Virus record (IMG/VR): IMGVR_UViG_3300010157_000062
Coordinates: 1,084 to 65,083 of that record
DNA: 64,000 nucleotides
Strand: one strand, 5' to 3'
Origin: a virus
Lineage: Duplodnaviria; Caudoviricetes
Below the pieces are notes generated by a model. It saw only the letters and a list, made by a program, of their open reading frames with translations. It ran no database searches and was not told the origin of the DNA. Of this stretch, positions 29,776-39,390 are shown one piece after another. The translations under genes were made by a program, and so were the position numbers. How positions within the stretch are numbered: position 1 is the first letter of the stretch; the number at the start of each line of letters is the position of its first letter.

Positions 29776-30869
29776 TAACCTTCTTTGATTTTGTTCTTAT
29801 CGATGATGACAGTTTCAATAAACTGTAATGTAAGTTTAATTTGAACTGGACTTCCATCATTGTGTGTTGCCCATGTGCCTGCACCAGCATAGTCAACATT
29901 TACGTTTGTAAGTACAGATTCTCCGATTTTATGTACATTTGTGTTTTCGGCACCTTTGTAAAGGAATTGAATATCAAAAACGTCCGGTATTTTCATAAAC
30001 AAACCTTGACTGAATACACCATTAGGTGATATTTCTGGTGCTGAGGCATATTTGAATTTTTCAATAATGTCTTTAATTGTATTTGCTTCTTCTTGTGAGT
30101 ATGGTGTTAAAACAAAATCAAACTGAAATTGTCTAAAGCCGATACCCCTGAACAACACTTGAAGTTGTGGGTTCATTGCATAACCACCTTGATTAAGAGC
30201 AACATCTTTTATATTTGTGCCAGCAACTTTATCAATTAAACTTGCGACAGCGGTACGAACAAACGGATCATTACCTGCTTTATTGATTGTATTGATTGCA
30301 CTTTCTGAACCGGCATTTTTAAAAGTGTTAAATAGTGATACTGCACCTTGTGCTAAGAAATATGGTTTACCCAGTGCGTCTGTTAATGAAAACGTATCAT
30401 CGTATTGTGCGCTATAACTTACATTGACCGTGTCTGGCACATAAAGTGCAATAGAATCACCTATTTTACGGCTCAGTTTAGTGTTTGTTAGCGTACTTGT
30501 TGCCGATGCAAAAGTTTCCGCATTCTTACTACTACCAATGGCTTGACCTGCTTCTATGATCGTTTTTTGTGCGCCTTCAACATTACCTGTAGCTACTTGG
30601 GGTGCCGCAGTGCCTAATGCGGTACCGCCTTCTGTAACAATTTTTGTACCTGATGTTGCTAAATCGGATAAAACTCCACCTAAATTACCTGGTTCGGGTG
30701 TTTTAATCGTAAACAGAATTACATGCTGTCGTGTTGGATTTGAACCAACATCCCGCGGAAATCTATAGTTCGTCTTATCATACTTATTACCATACAGCAG
30801 GTTCAAAGGACCATTCACAGCACCTGGAATGGAAATACCTGCAACTGAGGTCGGGATAGATATTGGCAT
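29772..30869 (-). CDS. gp48: Baseplate tail-tube cap gp48
   Basis: IALYVPD, NPQLQVLFRGIGFRQFQFDFVLTP, VLTNVNVDY, PVQIKLTLQFIET. Confidence 0.85.
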   Translation of the reverse strand: MPISIPTSVAGISIPGAVNGPLNLLYGNKYDKTNYRFPRDVGSNPTRQHVILFTIKTPEPGNLGGVLSDLATSGTKIVTEGGTALGTAAPQVATGNVEGAQKTIIEAGQAIGSSKNAETFASATSTLTNTKLSRKIGDSIALYVPDTVNVSYSAQYDDTFSLTDALGKPYFLAQGAVSLFNTFKNAGSESAINTINKAGNDPFVRTAVASLIDKVAGTNIKDVALNQGGYAMNPQLQVLFRGIGFRQFQFDFVLTPYSQEEANTIKDIIEKFKYASAPEISPNGVFSQGLFMKIPDVFDIQFLYKGAENTNVHKIGESVLTNVNVDYAGAGTWATHNDGSPVQIKLTLQFIETVIIDKNKIKEGY

Positions 30870-30900
30870 GTGTTTTTGTTATTAGAGAAGGTAATATAAC

Positions 30901-30908
30901 TATTTATA
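30901..30908 (-). promoter_or_regulatory. T4-type late promoter TATAAATA for the baseplate operon
   Basis: Exact consensus about 30 nt upstream of gp48, in the divergent intergenic region. Confidence 0.8.
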
Positions 30909-31345
30909 TGGCATATTCAGGTAGATTTTCACCTAGAAACCCACAAAAATATCGTGGAGATTTCTCAAATATTGTGTACCGTTCCACTTGGGAATGTAGG
31001 GTTATGACTTGGCTCGACAATAATGATTCAATTATCGAATGGGGTTCAGAAGAACTGGTGATACCGTACAGGTCTCCGGTAGACAACCGTGTTCACCGTT
31101 ATTTTCCTGATTTTTACGTGAAAGTTAAGCAAAAAGATGATACAATGAGGGTGATGATCTTAGAGGTAAAGCCTGCACGACAGACAAAACCACCGGAGAA
31201 AAAGAAGAAGGTCACCAAGCAATACATTCAAGAGGTGGTGACTTGGGGTATAAATGAAGCAAAATGGAAAGCCGCAACGGAATTCTGTCTCGACCGTGGC
31301 TGGACTTTTAAAGTATTAACTGAACATGATTTAGGATTGAAATGA
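30908..31345 (+). CDS. gp4: Head completion nuclease gp4
   Basis: MAYSGRFSPRNPQKYRGD..IVYRSTWE...WGSEELVIPY...HRYFPDF...EVKP...NEAKWKAA; likely start is the ATG at 30908. Confidence 0.92.
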   Translation: MAYSGRFSPRNPQKYRGDFSNIVYRSTWECRVMTWLDNNDSIIEWGSEELVIPYRSPVDNRVHRYFPDFYVKVKQKDDTMRVMILEVKPARQTKPPEKKKKVTKQYIQEVVTWGINEAKWKAATEFCLDRGWTFKVLTEHDLGLK

Positions 31346-33105
31346 TTAGACTCCATGTATTGGCGGTGCCACATACAGCATCGACCAAAGAGTACACTGT
31401 TTGTGCGTTTACTCAAAAAGTAATTAACTTTTGTAAAATGTATAAAGAAATGGGAATGCATGTCATTCACTATGGTCATGAAGAATCTGACGTAATTTGT
31501 GATGAACATGTTACAGTAACAGATCGTGCTTTGCTTGAACGTGTTTACGGAATATATGATTGGAAGAATCAAGGCTTGAAATATAATCAGACTGATGAGG
31601 TCTTTCAAACGTTCAATACAAATTGTATCAAAGAGATTGAGAAGCGAAAGCAACCACATGATATCATACTCTGTTTCTTTGGGCTTGCTCAGAAACCAGT
31701 TTGTGATGCACATTCAGACCTGCTATGTGTAGAACCATCAATTGGTTACCCCTCATCATTTGCACCTTACAAAGTATATGAATCGTATGCTGTGATGCAT
31801 GGGCTTCAAGGTCCAGATAAAGTATCAACTGCCGAATATAAATTCTATGACGCCGCTATACCCTCAGGTTTTGATTTAGATGAGTTTGAATTTAGAGAAA
31901 AAAAAGAAGATTACTTTATGATGTGCGGCCGTTTAATGTGGTCTAAAGGTGTTGATATTGCATCTCAAGTCTGTGAAAAACTTGGTGTCAAGTTGATTCT
32001 AGCTGGTACAAGTTATGGTCCAAGTGACTGTAATCTCGGCACAGAATGGCCATCACATGTTGAATATGTTGGCTATGCTGACGTAGAGAAACGCAAGAAA
32101 CTTATGGCTGGTGCAAAAGGTTTGTTCTGTCCAACAATCTATAATGAACCATTTGGATACGTTGCTATTGAAGCAATGCTGTCAGGAACACCCGTCATCA
32201 CTGTTGATTGGGGTGCATTCACCGAGACTGTGCAACACGGAGTTACTGGATTCCGTTGCCGTACATTTGAACAATTCTTATGGGCGGCTAAGAACATCGA
32301 TACGATTTCACCACATGCTTGCCGGGAATGGGCAGAAGAAAACTACAATTTTAAGAAGATTGGTGGTATGTACAAAGAATACTTTGAATCTATTATCAAT
32401 GTATCTAAAGGCACTGGCTGGTACACCGAGAACACTGAACGTAAAGAACTTGAATGGCTTACTAAGACACAACCGACACAACCAAAAACATTTAAAGAGA
32501 TTTTAAATCAGTACAACAGAATTAAAAATGATAAGATACACTTTCTACAGATTGGTGCCATGGATGGTGTAAAACATGATGATTTGTATCCTTATGTGAT
32601 GAGTTATGATTGGACTGGTGTTCTAGTTGAACCACTACCAGATATGTTTGAAAAGTTGGTTGAAAATTACTTTCTTAAAAATGGTCTAAAGTTTGAAAAT
32701 TCGGCTATTGCTAACACAGAAGATGTTACAATTTATCGTGTTCCACAAGACAAAATTGGTGTTGATGGTGTTCCAGATTGGGCAGAAGGTTGTTCAACAT
32801 TACTACCAAATAATCACATCGATGAAATCGTACCGCACATGGTTACCGAAAAGGTTAAAGGTGTTACTATTCAAAAACTATATGAAAAATATGGTAGAGA
32901 GTACGACTTCATTCAAATTGACACAGAGGGTTATGATTATAACATCTTCCTCCAACTCTTGGAACAAGGCCTAACGGCTGACCTATACAAGATTGAGATT
33001 GCACACATCACCTACACTAAAACCGTGTGGATGCGTTGGAAACTTGAACAACTTGGTTATAAGACTTTTATTGATAACTACGATTTAATTGCTTACCGAT
33101 TCTAG
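31342..33105 (+). CDS. GT4-type glycosyltransferase fused to FkbM-family methyltransferase
   Basis: GRLMWSKG and EPFGYVAIEAMLSGTPVI (GT-B); C-terminal FLQIGAMDG..D, VLVEP, IQIDTEGYD (FkbM). Confidence 0.85.
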   Translation: MIRLHVLAVPHTASTKEYTVCAFTQKVINFCKMYKEMGMHVIHYGHEESDVICDEHVTVTDRALLERVYGIYDWKNQGLKYNQTDEVFQTFNTNCIKEIEKRKQPHDIILCFFGLAQKPVCDAHSDLLCVEPSIGYPSSFAPYKVYESYAVMHGLQGPDKVSTAEYKFYDAAIPSGFDLDEFEFREKKEDYFMMCGRLMWSKGVDIASQVCEKLGVKLILAGTSYGPSDCNLGTEWPSHVEYVGYADVEKRKKLMAGAKGLFCPTIYNEPFGYVAIEAMLSGTPVITVDWGAFTETVQHGVTGFRCRTFEQFLWAAKNIDTISPHACREWAEENYNFKKIGGMYKEYFESIINVSKGTGWYTENTERKELEWLTKTQPTQPKTFKEILNQYNRIKNDKIHFLQIGAMDGVKHDDLYPYVMSYDWTGVLVEPLPDMFEKLVENYFLKNGLKFENSAIANTEDVTIYRVPQDKIGVDGVPDWAEGCSTLLPNNHIDEIVPHMVTEKVKGVTIQKLYEKYGREYDFIQIDTEGYDYNIFLQLLEQGLTADLYKIEIAHITYTKTVWMRWKLEQLGYKTFIDNYDLIAYRF

Positions 33106-33113
33106 ACTAAATA
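33106..33113 (+). promoter_or_regulatory. Late promoter variant ACTAAATA
   Basis: TAAATA core 5 nt upstream of the gp2 ATG. Confidence 0.55.
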
Positions 33114-33117
33114 GAGG

Positions 33118-33720
33118 ATGGCTTCAACACTAACACAAATTGCTCAACAAAAGACTGCTCTGGAACAAACTTTTTTGTCCAGAAAGTCAGTCACATGGTT
33201 ACAAGATAGAATGAAGAAATTGAAGTCTCCCATGGTTTTAGCCAAAGAGATAGCAAAAGAAAAATCAAGACAAGGTGGTATGTTTCAGATGGGTGGTTTG
33301 TACCACTTCTTCTATGATCCACTTACTAAAAGAGACCTTCCTTATTATGATATTTTTCCGTTGGTAATTCCACTGAAAAAGAAAGACGATGGTTTTCTCG
33401 GTTTGAATTTACATTATCTTCCACCAAAATACAGAGCCGCATTTCTCGATAAATTAATGGGTCTTGCTGTAATGACAGTAGATAATGAACCGCAACGATT
33501 ACAAATAACGTATGAAATTTTAGCGTCCACACAAAGATATAAAGAATTTAGACCTTGCCTGAAACACTACTTGAACCAGCAAATTAAGTCTAAAATTCTG
33601 ACAGTGCAACCAGAAGAATGGGAAACAGCACTATTTTTACCGACTGCGAACTTTATGAAAGCACCAATTTCACAAGTTCACAAAGAATCAATAGAAAAAG
33701 CAAACAGTAAGGTGTACTAA
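33118..33720 (+). CDS. gp2: DNA end protector gp2
   Basis: FFYDPLTKRDLPYYDIFPLV, GFLGLNLHYLPP, PCLKHYL, WETALFLPT. Confidence 0.9.
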   Translation: MASTLTQIAQQKTALEQTFLSRKSVTWLQDRMKKLKSPMVLAKEIAKEKSRQGGMFQMGGLYHFFYDPLTKRDLPYYDIFPLVIPLKKKDDGFLGLNLHYLPPKYRAAFLDKLMGLAVMTVDNEPQRLQITYEILASTQRYKEFRPCLKHYLNQQIKSKILTVQPEEWETALFLPTANFMKAPISQVHKESIEKANSKVY

Positions 33721-34379
33721 TGGCCGGCTCAATAGCAGAATTCAAATCCAGTTTTTCAAAAGAACTTGCGAGACCAAGTAAGTTCGATGTTAACATTCCA
33801 GTACCACTTGGGCTGGTCCCTTATCGTGGAACATCAAGAATGCTTACAATGCGTTGTGAGAACGCAGAGTTACCTGGTCGCACGATTGCCACAACATCAA
33901 TGAAGATTTATGGTGTTGAGGAGAAATTCCCATATATGTCATCATACAATGATATGTCACTCACTTTTATTGTGTCTGATGATATGAAAGAAAAGAAGTT
34001 CTTTGATGCATGGCTCAACTGGATTAATCCAAATTCAAGTTACAATTTGAAATACAAACAAGATTATTCTGTTGCACTTAGAATCAATCAGTATGACGTT
34101 GAAAATCAAGTTTCATATTCGGTTGATTTGATTGATGCATTCCCTATTGCCGTAAATGGTATGGATTTAAATTGGTCTTCTGATGGTTATCACAAACTCA
34201 CCGTGACTTTTGCATACACAAGCTGGCGCGATAACTCATTAGAAACTCTTGCAATGGATTATTTGGAGAACGTGATTGCAGATTCGATGTTTACACCTCG
34301 ACCATTAACTGGTTTCGATGTAAATTCAACCTTTGTACAAGCACCCGGTGAAGCAGGCAGACCTGGTTTTCTTGGATAA
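33720..34379 (+). CDS. gp54: Tail tube initiator gp54 (gp19-like fold)
   Basis: LARPSKFDV, RCENAELPGR, FFDAWLNWI, AFPIAVNGMDLNW, LTVTFAYTSW. Confidence 0.75.
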   Translation: MAGSIAEFKSSFSKELARPSKFDVNIPVPLGLVPYRGTSRMLTMRCENAELPGRTIATTSMKIYGVEEKFPYMSSYNDMSLTFIVSDDMKEKKFFDAWLNWINPNSSYNLKYKQDYSVALRINQYDVENQVSYSVDLIDAFPIAVNGMDLNWSSDGYHKLTVTFAYTSWRDNSLETLAMDYLENVIADSMFTPRPLTGFDVNSTFVQAPGEAGRPGFLG

Positions 34380-34409
34380 TTGACAATTTTTAAAATGGAG
34401 AAATAAATT

Positions 34410-35135
34410 ATGGCTTTACCAAAAATCGATACACCGGTTTATGAATTGGATTTACCACTATCAAAGAAGCATGTTCGCTTTAGACCTTTCCTTGTGAAAG
34501 AACAAAAGAACTTGTTGATGGCAATGGAATCAGGTGATTCTAAATCGATTGAACAAAACGTTAAACAAGTTTTAAACAACTGTACAATAACAGAGGACAT
34601 TGACATTGAAAAACTACCGGTTCTTGATGTTGAATACTATTTCCTAAATCTACGTGCTAGGTCTGTTGGTGAAATTGTCGAGAACAAATACCGTTGTGAC
34701 AATCAAGTTGAGGGTTCCGCCTGTGGTAATATCATGGAAACATCACTCAATCTTCTTGATATCAAAATTGAGGATGTAAAAGAGAACAATGATGTTATTC
34801 AACTCACTGATACAATTTCAATAAAACTGAAGTATCCAGAATTCTCCGTGATTAACAAGTTATCGAAACTCACTAACGTTTCGGACATTGCATTTGAAAT
34901 GATTGCGGATTCTGTTGAATACATTTATGATGGTGAACAATTCTATTATGCAAAAGAAACAACAACAGAAGAATTAGTAGAATTTATTGAGAATCTTAAT
35001 CAACAGCAATTTGCTAAGATTGAAGACTTCTTTGCAAATCTTCCTAAACTTGAAAAGAAAATTGAAATGAAATGTTCGCGCTGTGGCTTTGAACATAAAC
35101 TTGATGTTGAAGGGCTCGAAAGTTTTTTCGGCTAA
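34410..35135 (+). CDS. gp26: Baseplate hub assembly chaperone gp26
   Basis: MALPKIDTPVYEL..P...FRPFLVKEQK.LLMA, LRARSVGE, LKYP, CxxC, GLESFF. Confidence 0.9.
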   Translation: MALPKIDTPVYELDLPLSKKHVRFRPFLVKEQKNLLMAMESGDSKSIEQNVKQVLNNCTITEDIDIEKLPVLDVEYYFLNLRARSVGEIVENKYRCDNQVEGSACGNIMETSLNLLDIKIEDVKENNDVIQLTDTISIKLKYPEFSVINKLSKLTNVSDIAFEMIADSVEYIYDGEQFYYAKETTTEELVEFIENLNQQQFAKIEDFFANLPKLEKKIEMKCSRCGFEHKLDVEGLESFFG

Positions 35136-35329
35136 TATTTGGTCATGATAACCTGAGAAATTACTATAAAACTAATTTCTCTTTGATTCAACATCATAAG
35201 TATTCCCTAACGGAACTTGAGAATATGATACCGTGGGAACGTGATGTATACGTTAGTATGCTTATACAATATATTGAGGATGAAAATCAGAAACTAAAAC
35301 AGAAACAGAACGAGAGAAAAATTAGATGA
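35123..35329 (+). CDS. gp51: Hub assembly protein gp51-like; probably the -1 frameshifted extension of gp26
   Basis: Not in the ORF track. The -1 frame reads RLIFGHDNLRNYYKTNFSLIQHHKYSLTELENMIPWERDVYVSMLIQYIEDEN..., with no ATG before the conserved HHKYSL..ENMIPWER block. Confidence 0.8.
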   Translation, partial: FFRLIFGHDNLRNYYKTNFSLIQHHKYSLTELENMIPWERDVYVSMLIQYIEDENQKLKQKQNERKIR

Positions 35330-37020
35330 ATTACTACGAGGCAGCCAAAATAAGAAAAAAAGGCTTCGCAGATTTAATGACAGACAAACTGACTTCTGGT
35401 CAAGGTGTCTTTTCTTCCGCACGTTCTGCTTTGTCTGATAGATCGAAAGCCCGTTCAGTTGGCTTAAAAGAAAAATTCGATCCACTCAATATCGCAAAAG
35501 TTCTAACTGGTGGAAGCAATCTCGCACCAGCAATGCTCGGTAGACTTCTTGGTAGGAAGTCTTCTGACATAAATTACTTTGCGGGTAAAAAAGAATATAC
35601 ACCTAGACGAGAATCCAGTTACTTCAATAACTACACTGCTCCCAGTATGTCATCCGGTGGTTCACAAAAAGCAACAAGGGTTTTACAGAAAATGTTATCT
35701 TTTATGGAAAAATCCAGAAGTGATGATATGCAAGAACAAGACACACTAGATTCATTTAAAGAAATGAATGAGAAAATGCGTGATGATAGACACAAAGAGG
35801 TGGTGGATGTGTTTATCGAGGCTACCAAAACCAGACGAAAAGCCTTGAAAAATATGGTTAAAGAAACCAAGAAGCGTGAACGCGAAGCTAAGAAGGCTGA
35901 AAAGGAAACCAAGAAAGAAGAAAAACCGGCACCACCAGGTCCAAAAAATCAACCTGCACCGGCAAAACCAGCCGAAGCACCAGCGCCGGCAAAACCAGCA
36001 CCGGCAAAACCAGCCGAAGCACCAGCACCGGCAAAACCAGCACCGGCAAAACCAGCCGAAGCACCAGCACCGCAGGCACCCAAACCACCAACTGCAAAAC
36101 CCGTTGAAACTGCACCACCAGCACCTACAGCGGCACCTGCACCACCTACTGTCACACCACAACCACCGATTGTAAAACCAGCTATCGTTGAAGCCGCTAA
36201 ATCTGCGGCTAAAGTTGGTGTAGCCGGTGCCGCAGGAATTTCTGCTTCGGCCGCACTTTCTATTGAGAGAGAAACTGGAAAACCAGCAAAAGATGCAATA
36301 AAAAATGTTGGTCAAATTGTACCAAATGATCCGAAACCTGGCGTTTCTTCATATGGCATTTTTGGTATAAATTCTGGTGGCTCAGTGCAATCTTTTGTTA
36401 AAGATAATCCTCAATTTGAATTAAATTCGAAACCAGCGTCAAAAGAATTCGATGAAAAATGGTCTAAAATTTCAAAAGAACGACCAAAGGAAATGTTGGA
36501 TGCACAATTGAAATGGTACGAAAAAAATATAACAAACCCATTAAAAAACGATTTGGTTAAACTTGTACCTAAAGAATTCGCAACCGATCCTAGAGTTTTA
36601 ACATACATGTCTGATAGAAGGGTACAGTATGGTAAAACAATGGAAGCACAAGCATTAAAACAGGCCTCTACTGCAAAAAGTGTTGAAGAATTTTTGAGTT
36701 TAATGTCACAATATGATATAGCTAATTTAAAAGATGCCTTCAAAACATATCTTTCAAATCATCCTGATGCAATAAAAGGCTTAGAGAAAAGAATACGTGA
36801 ACGTGAAAAATCATCACTAAAGGCCATAGAAAGCAATTCAAATTTAGGTGAAAAACTTAATTCTGATTCTACACAAAATGCCGACATGAAAAAAGATATG
36901 TCAGAGAGTTCAGCCGGTGGTTCTCCAGTGATTATTCAAAACAACAATACAACAAAATCAAAAACAAATATACATAGAGCCGCACCACAAGAACAACTTA
37001 ACCCAACAATGAGACATTAA
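35326..37020 (+). CDS. Tape-measure/hub-like protein with Pro-Ala linker and putative peptidoglycan hydrolase domain
   Basis: Follows gp26/gp51; helical N-terminus, (PAPAKPAEA)n linker, SYGIFGINS...FDEKW...AQ..WY domain resembling VgrG3-type muramidases. Confidence 0.55.
   Translation: MNYYEAAKIRKKGFADLMTDKLTSGQGVFSSARSALSDRSKARSVGLKEKFDPLNIAKVLTGGSNLAPAMLGRLLGRKSSDINYFAGKKEYTPRRESSYFNNYTAPSMSSGGSQKATRVLQKMLSFMEKSRSDDMQEQDTLDSFKEMNEKMRDDRHKEVVDVFIEATKTRRKALKNMVKETKKREREAKKAEKETKKEEKPAPPGPKNQPAPAKPAEAPAPAKPAPAKPAEAPAPAKPAPAKPAEAPAPQAPKPPTAKPVETAPPAPTAAPAPPTVTPQPPIVKPAIVEAAKSAAKVGVAGAAGISASAALSIERETGKPAKDAIKNVGQIVPNDPKPGVSSYGIFGINSGGSVQSFVKDNPQFELNSKPASKEFDEKWSKISKERPKEMLDAQLKWYEKNITNPLKNDLVKLVPKEFATDPRVLTYMSDRRVQYGKTMEAQALKQASTAKSVEEFLSLMSQYDIANLKDAFKTYLSNHPDAIKGLEKRIREREKSSLKAIESNSNLGEKLNSDSTQNADMKKDMSESSAGGSPVIIQNNNTTKSKTNIHRAAPQEQLNPTMRH
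35950..36075 (+). repeat. Coding repeat of PAPAKPAEA units
   Basis: Repeated gcaccggcaaaaccagccgaagcacca. Confidence 0.9.
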
Positions 37021-37021
37021 A

Positions 37022-38407
37022 ATGGACTACAGAGTAGCAAGTAATATCAGAGGTAAATCTCTTTCGTCATTGATAACAGATAAAATTACATCAGGTGGTT
37101 CTGTTGGTTCATCCATTAGGGGTGCAATCTCAGATAAACTCAAAGCAAAAGGCACCGGTATCAAAGAGAAGTTTGATCCAATGAATATTGCACGTGCAAT
37201 GACAGGTGGTGGTAAACTTGCGCCTGCTATTCTTGGCAAAATTACTGGTCGTTCACAATCAGATATTAATTATTTTGCTGGTAATAAAAACAAGGCTTCA
37301 TCTTATACAAAAATGCCATCTGTTGGTCAAGTACCATCATCAGAAGGTTTTGGTGGTTCCGCAATTGAAGTTCTCAATAAGATGCTCTCATTCATGCAAA
37401 AGAATCGTGAAGACGATCTTAAAAGAAAACAAATCAGCATGTCATTTGAAGAAGAACGCCAGTCAGAAGAACAACGCAGACATGAAAAGTTTTTGAAAGT
37501 ATTAAAAGATTTTACTTCTGTTGGTGCAACAACAACAATGGTAAAAAAAGAATCTGAAAAAGATAAAAGTTTATTTGATGAAGTTGCAGATTTGTTTTCG
37601 AAGGGTGCATTTTTAGCAAGAATACTACCATTTTTAACTAATCCACTCACTCTTACTATAGGTGCAATTCTAGTTGCAACTTATGGCTTGAAAAAATTAG
37701 CCGAAGCAATGCCCAATCTTAATATTCCCACACCACAAGAAGCACAAAATGTGTTGCTTAATGGAACTCAAGGTGATATTGAAAAAGAAGGTGGATATGA
37801 TAAACTTGCTGACATTATCAAGAATAGACCAGGAATAGCAAAACAAGCATTAGAAGATTACGGAACAGGTAAAATAACTGAAATAGAACTTAATAAACTT
37901 GGTGGAAAAGATAGACTTGAACAGACTGTTAAAGAAGCCGGTCTTGCTGTACCTGAAAAGAAAGTGATGTTAGAAAAAGTTGTTCCGAGACCACAGAAAA
38001 GAGGATATCAACAAATTCAATGGGACACTTTGTATGGCAAAGATTATAATATTGATGGAACAAAAAAGTCAACACAAGTACCAAATGTGGCCACACCGCC
38101 TGTGCCTGCGGCTACACCTGTATCGAATAATGACTCATCACCTGTTCCTGCCGCCACTCCTGTTCCTTCAACAACCACGCCTGTACTTTCCACACCACCC
38201 TCATCTACTGTCGTTGGTAAGATACAAGAGAATAATGATTTAAACTTACAGGATACTGTTACTTCTGATACTTCTTCATCATCTTCTTTATCAGTGAATA
38301 ATTCATCAACTTCTGCACCAGACCAAACTGTTACATCTACCGCAACAACACGTGATGATACAGCAATTCTCGATTTTGTTTTAAATAGATCAAAGGCGCG
38401 GATATAA
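37022..38407 (+). CDS. Paralogue of the preceding gene (tape-measure/hub-like)
   Basis: N-terminal ~150 aa clearly homologous (KEKFDP.NIA..LTGG..LAPA.LG...GR..SDINYFAG). Confidence 0.6.
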   Translation: MDYRVASNIRGKSLSSLITDKITSGGSVGSSIRGAISDKLKAKGTGIKEKFDPMNIARAMTGGGKLAPAILGKITGRSQSDINYFAGNKNKASSYTKMPSVGQVPSSEGFGGSAIEVLNKMLSFMQKNREDDLKRKQISMSFEEERQSEEQRRHEKFLKVLKDFTSVGATTTMVKKESEKDKSLFDEVADLFSKGAFLARILPFLTNPLTLTIGAILVATYGLKKLAEAMPNLNIPTPQEAQNVLLNGTQGDIEKEGGYDKLADIIKNRPGIAKQALEDYGTGKITEIELNKLGGKDRLEQTVKEAGLAVPEKKVMLEKVVPRPQKRGYQQIQWDTLYGKDYNIDGTKKSTQVPNVATPPVPAATPVSNNDSSPVPAATPVPSTTTPVLSTPPSSTVVGKIQENNDLNLQDTVTSDTSSSSSLSVNNSSTSAPDQTVTSTATTRDDTAILDFVLNRSKARI

Positions 38408-38431
38408 AAAAAGGACCTTTCGGTCCTTTTT
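38406..38431. terminator. Bidirectional rho-independent terminator
   Basis: AAAAAAAGGACC-TTTC-GGTCCTTTTT between convergent genes. Confidence 0.9.
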
Positions 38432-38432
38432 A

Positions 38433-39308
38433 TCAGTCTTCGGCTAGTTTGCTGAAGTATGCAAGGTCATCATCATCAGCCATACCAGCATCTTCTGCTA
38501 CTGGAGCAGGTTTACGTGGCATTGCTTTAGCTTGTTCAACCGTGGTCTTTGCAACCACTGGTGAACCATCAAGCCCAAGAACCTTATCAAGGCGGGCCTT
38601 CAATTCATCATAAGACTTGAAGTTTTCTGGCGCAAGGAACTCTTTAAGAGAGTATTCTTTCTTCCAGATTGCTTCTAGTTCCTCATCATCACTCAATAGA
38701 GGTGATGGAGATTCAAATTCAGATTTGTCATAATTCTGATAACCTTCAACTTTACGAATCTTCAACTTGAAGTTAGCACCTACCCACAGGTCAAATGGAT
38801 TAACTGCTTTTTCATCTTCGAAAGCGGGATTCATTGCTTCGGTGATTTTATCAAAGATTTTCTTACCGAACTTGTAAAGGAAGACTTTACCTTCGTTTTG
38901 GGTATTCTTAGGATCTTCAACAACATAAATGTTGGCGATATAAGAAAGACGGCGCTTTTGTTTACGTGCTACTTCTTTGTTTGCTTCGATGCCAGAGTTC
39001 CACAACTGAGAGTTGTATTCAGAAACTGGATCTTTTTGGCCAAGAGTAGTGAGTGAGTTTTCAATGTACCAGCCACCAGGTCCCTGGAAGCCATGATTAA
39101 AAACTTTTGCCCAAGGTAGTGCATCATCACCATCAACCGAGGGTTGTGGAAGAAAACGAATAACTGCATAACCGTTACCAGCCTTATCGACTTCGGGTTT
39201 CCAGAAATTATCTTCTTTGGTGGGAGATTCGGCTGTATTGAGTTTTTCAATAGCCTTTGAGAGTTTGTCTAGGTTGCTAGAGCGTCTTAGATTTTCGAAT
39301 GCTGACAT
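38433..39308 (-). CDS. gp32: Single-stranded DNA-binding protein gp32
   Basis: FWKPEVDKAGNGYAVIRFLP, HGFQGPGGWYIENSLTTLG, KFGKKIFDKI, acidic tail DDDDLAYFSKLAED. Confidence 0.96.
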   Translation of the reverse strand: MSAFENLRRSSNLDKLSKAIEKLNTAESPTKEDNFWKPEVDKAGNGYAVIRFLPQPSVDGDDALPWAKVFNHGFQGPGGWYIENSLTTLGQKDPVSEYNSQLWNSGIEANKEVARKQKRRLSYIANIYVVEDPKNTQNEGKVFLYKFGKKIFDKITEAMNPAFEDEKAVNPFDLWVGANFKLKIRKVEGYQNYDKSEFESPSPLLSDDEELEAIWKKEYSLKEFLAPENFKSYDELKARLDKVLGLDGSPVVAKTTVEQAKAMPRKPAPVAEDAGMADDDDLAYFSKLAED

Positions 39309-39390
39309 GGTATTTTCCTTGTATAAACGTTGTATTAAATGTGTTGCGAATTATCCACATAATTCATAATGTATGAAGTATATAGGTGAT

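Noticed and set aside
35631-36315. Minus-strand Cys/Trp-rich and Gly/Ala-rich ORFs
   Set aside because: Shadows of the Pro-Ala-Lys linker repeat on the plus strand.
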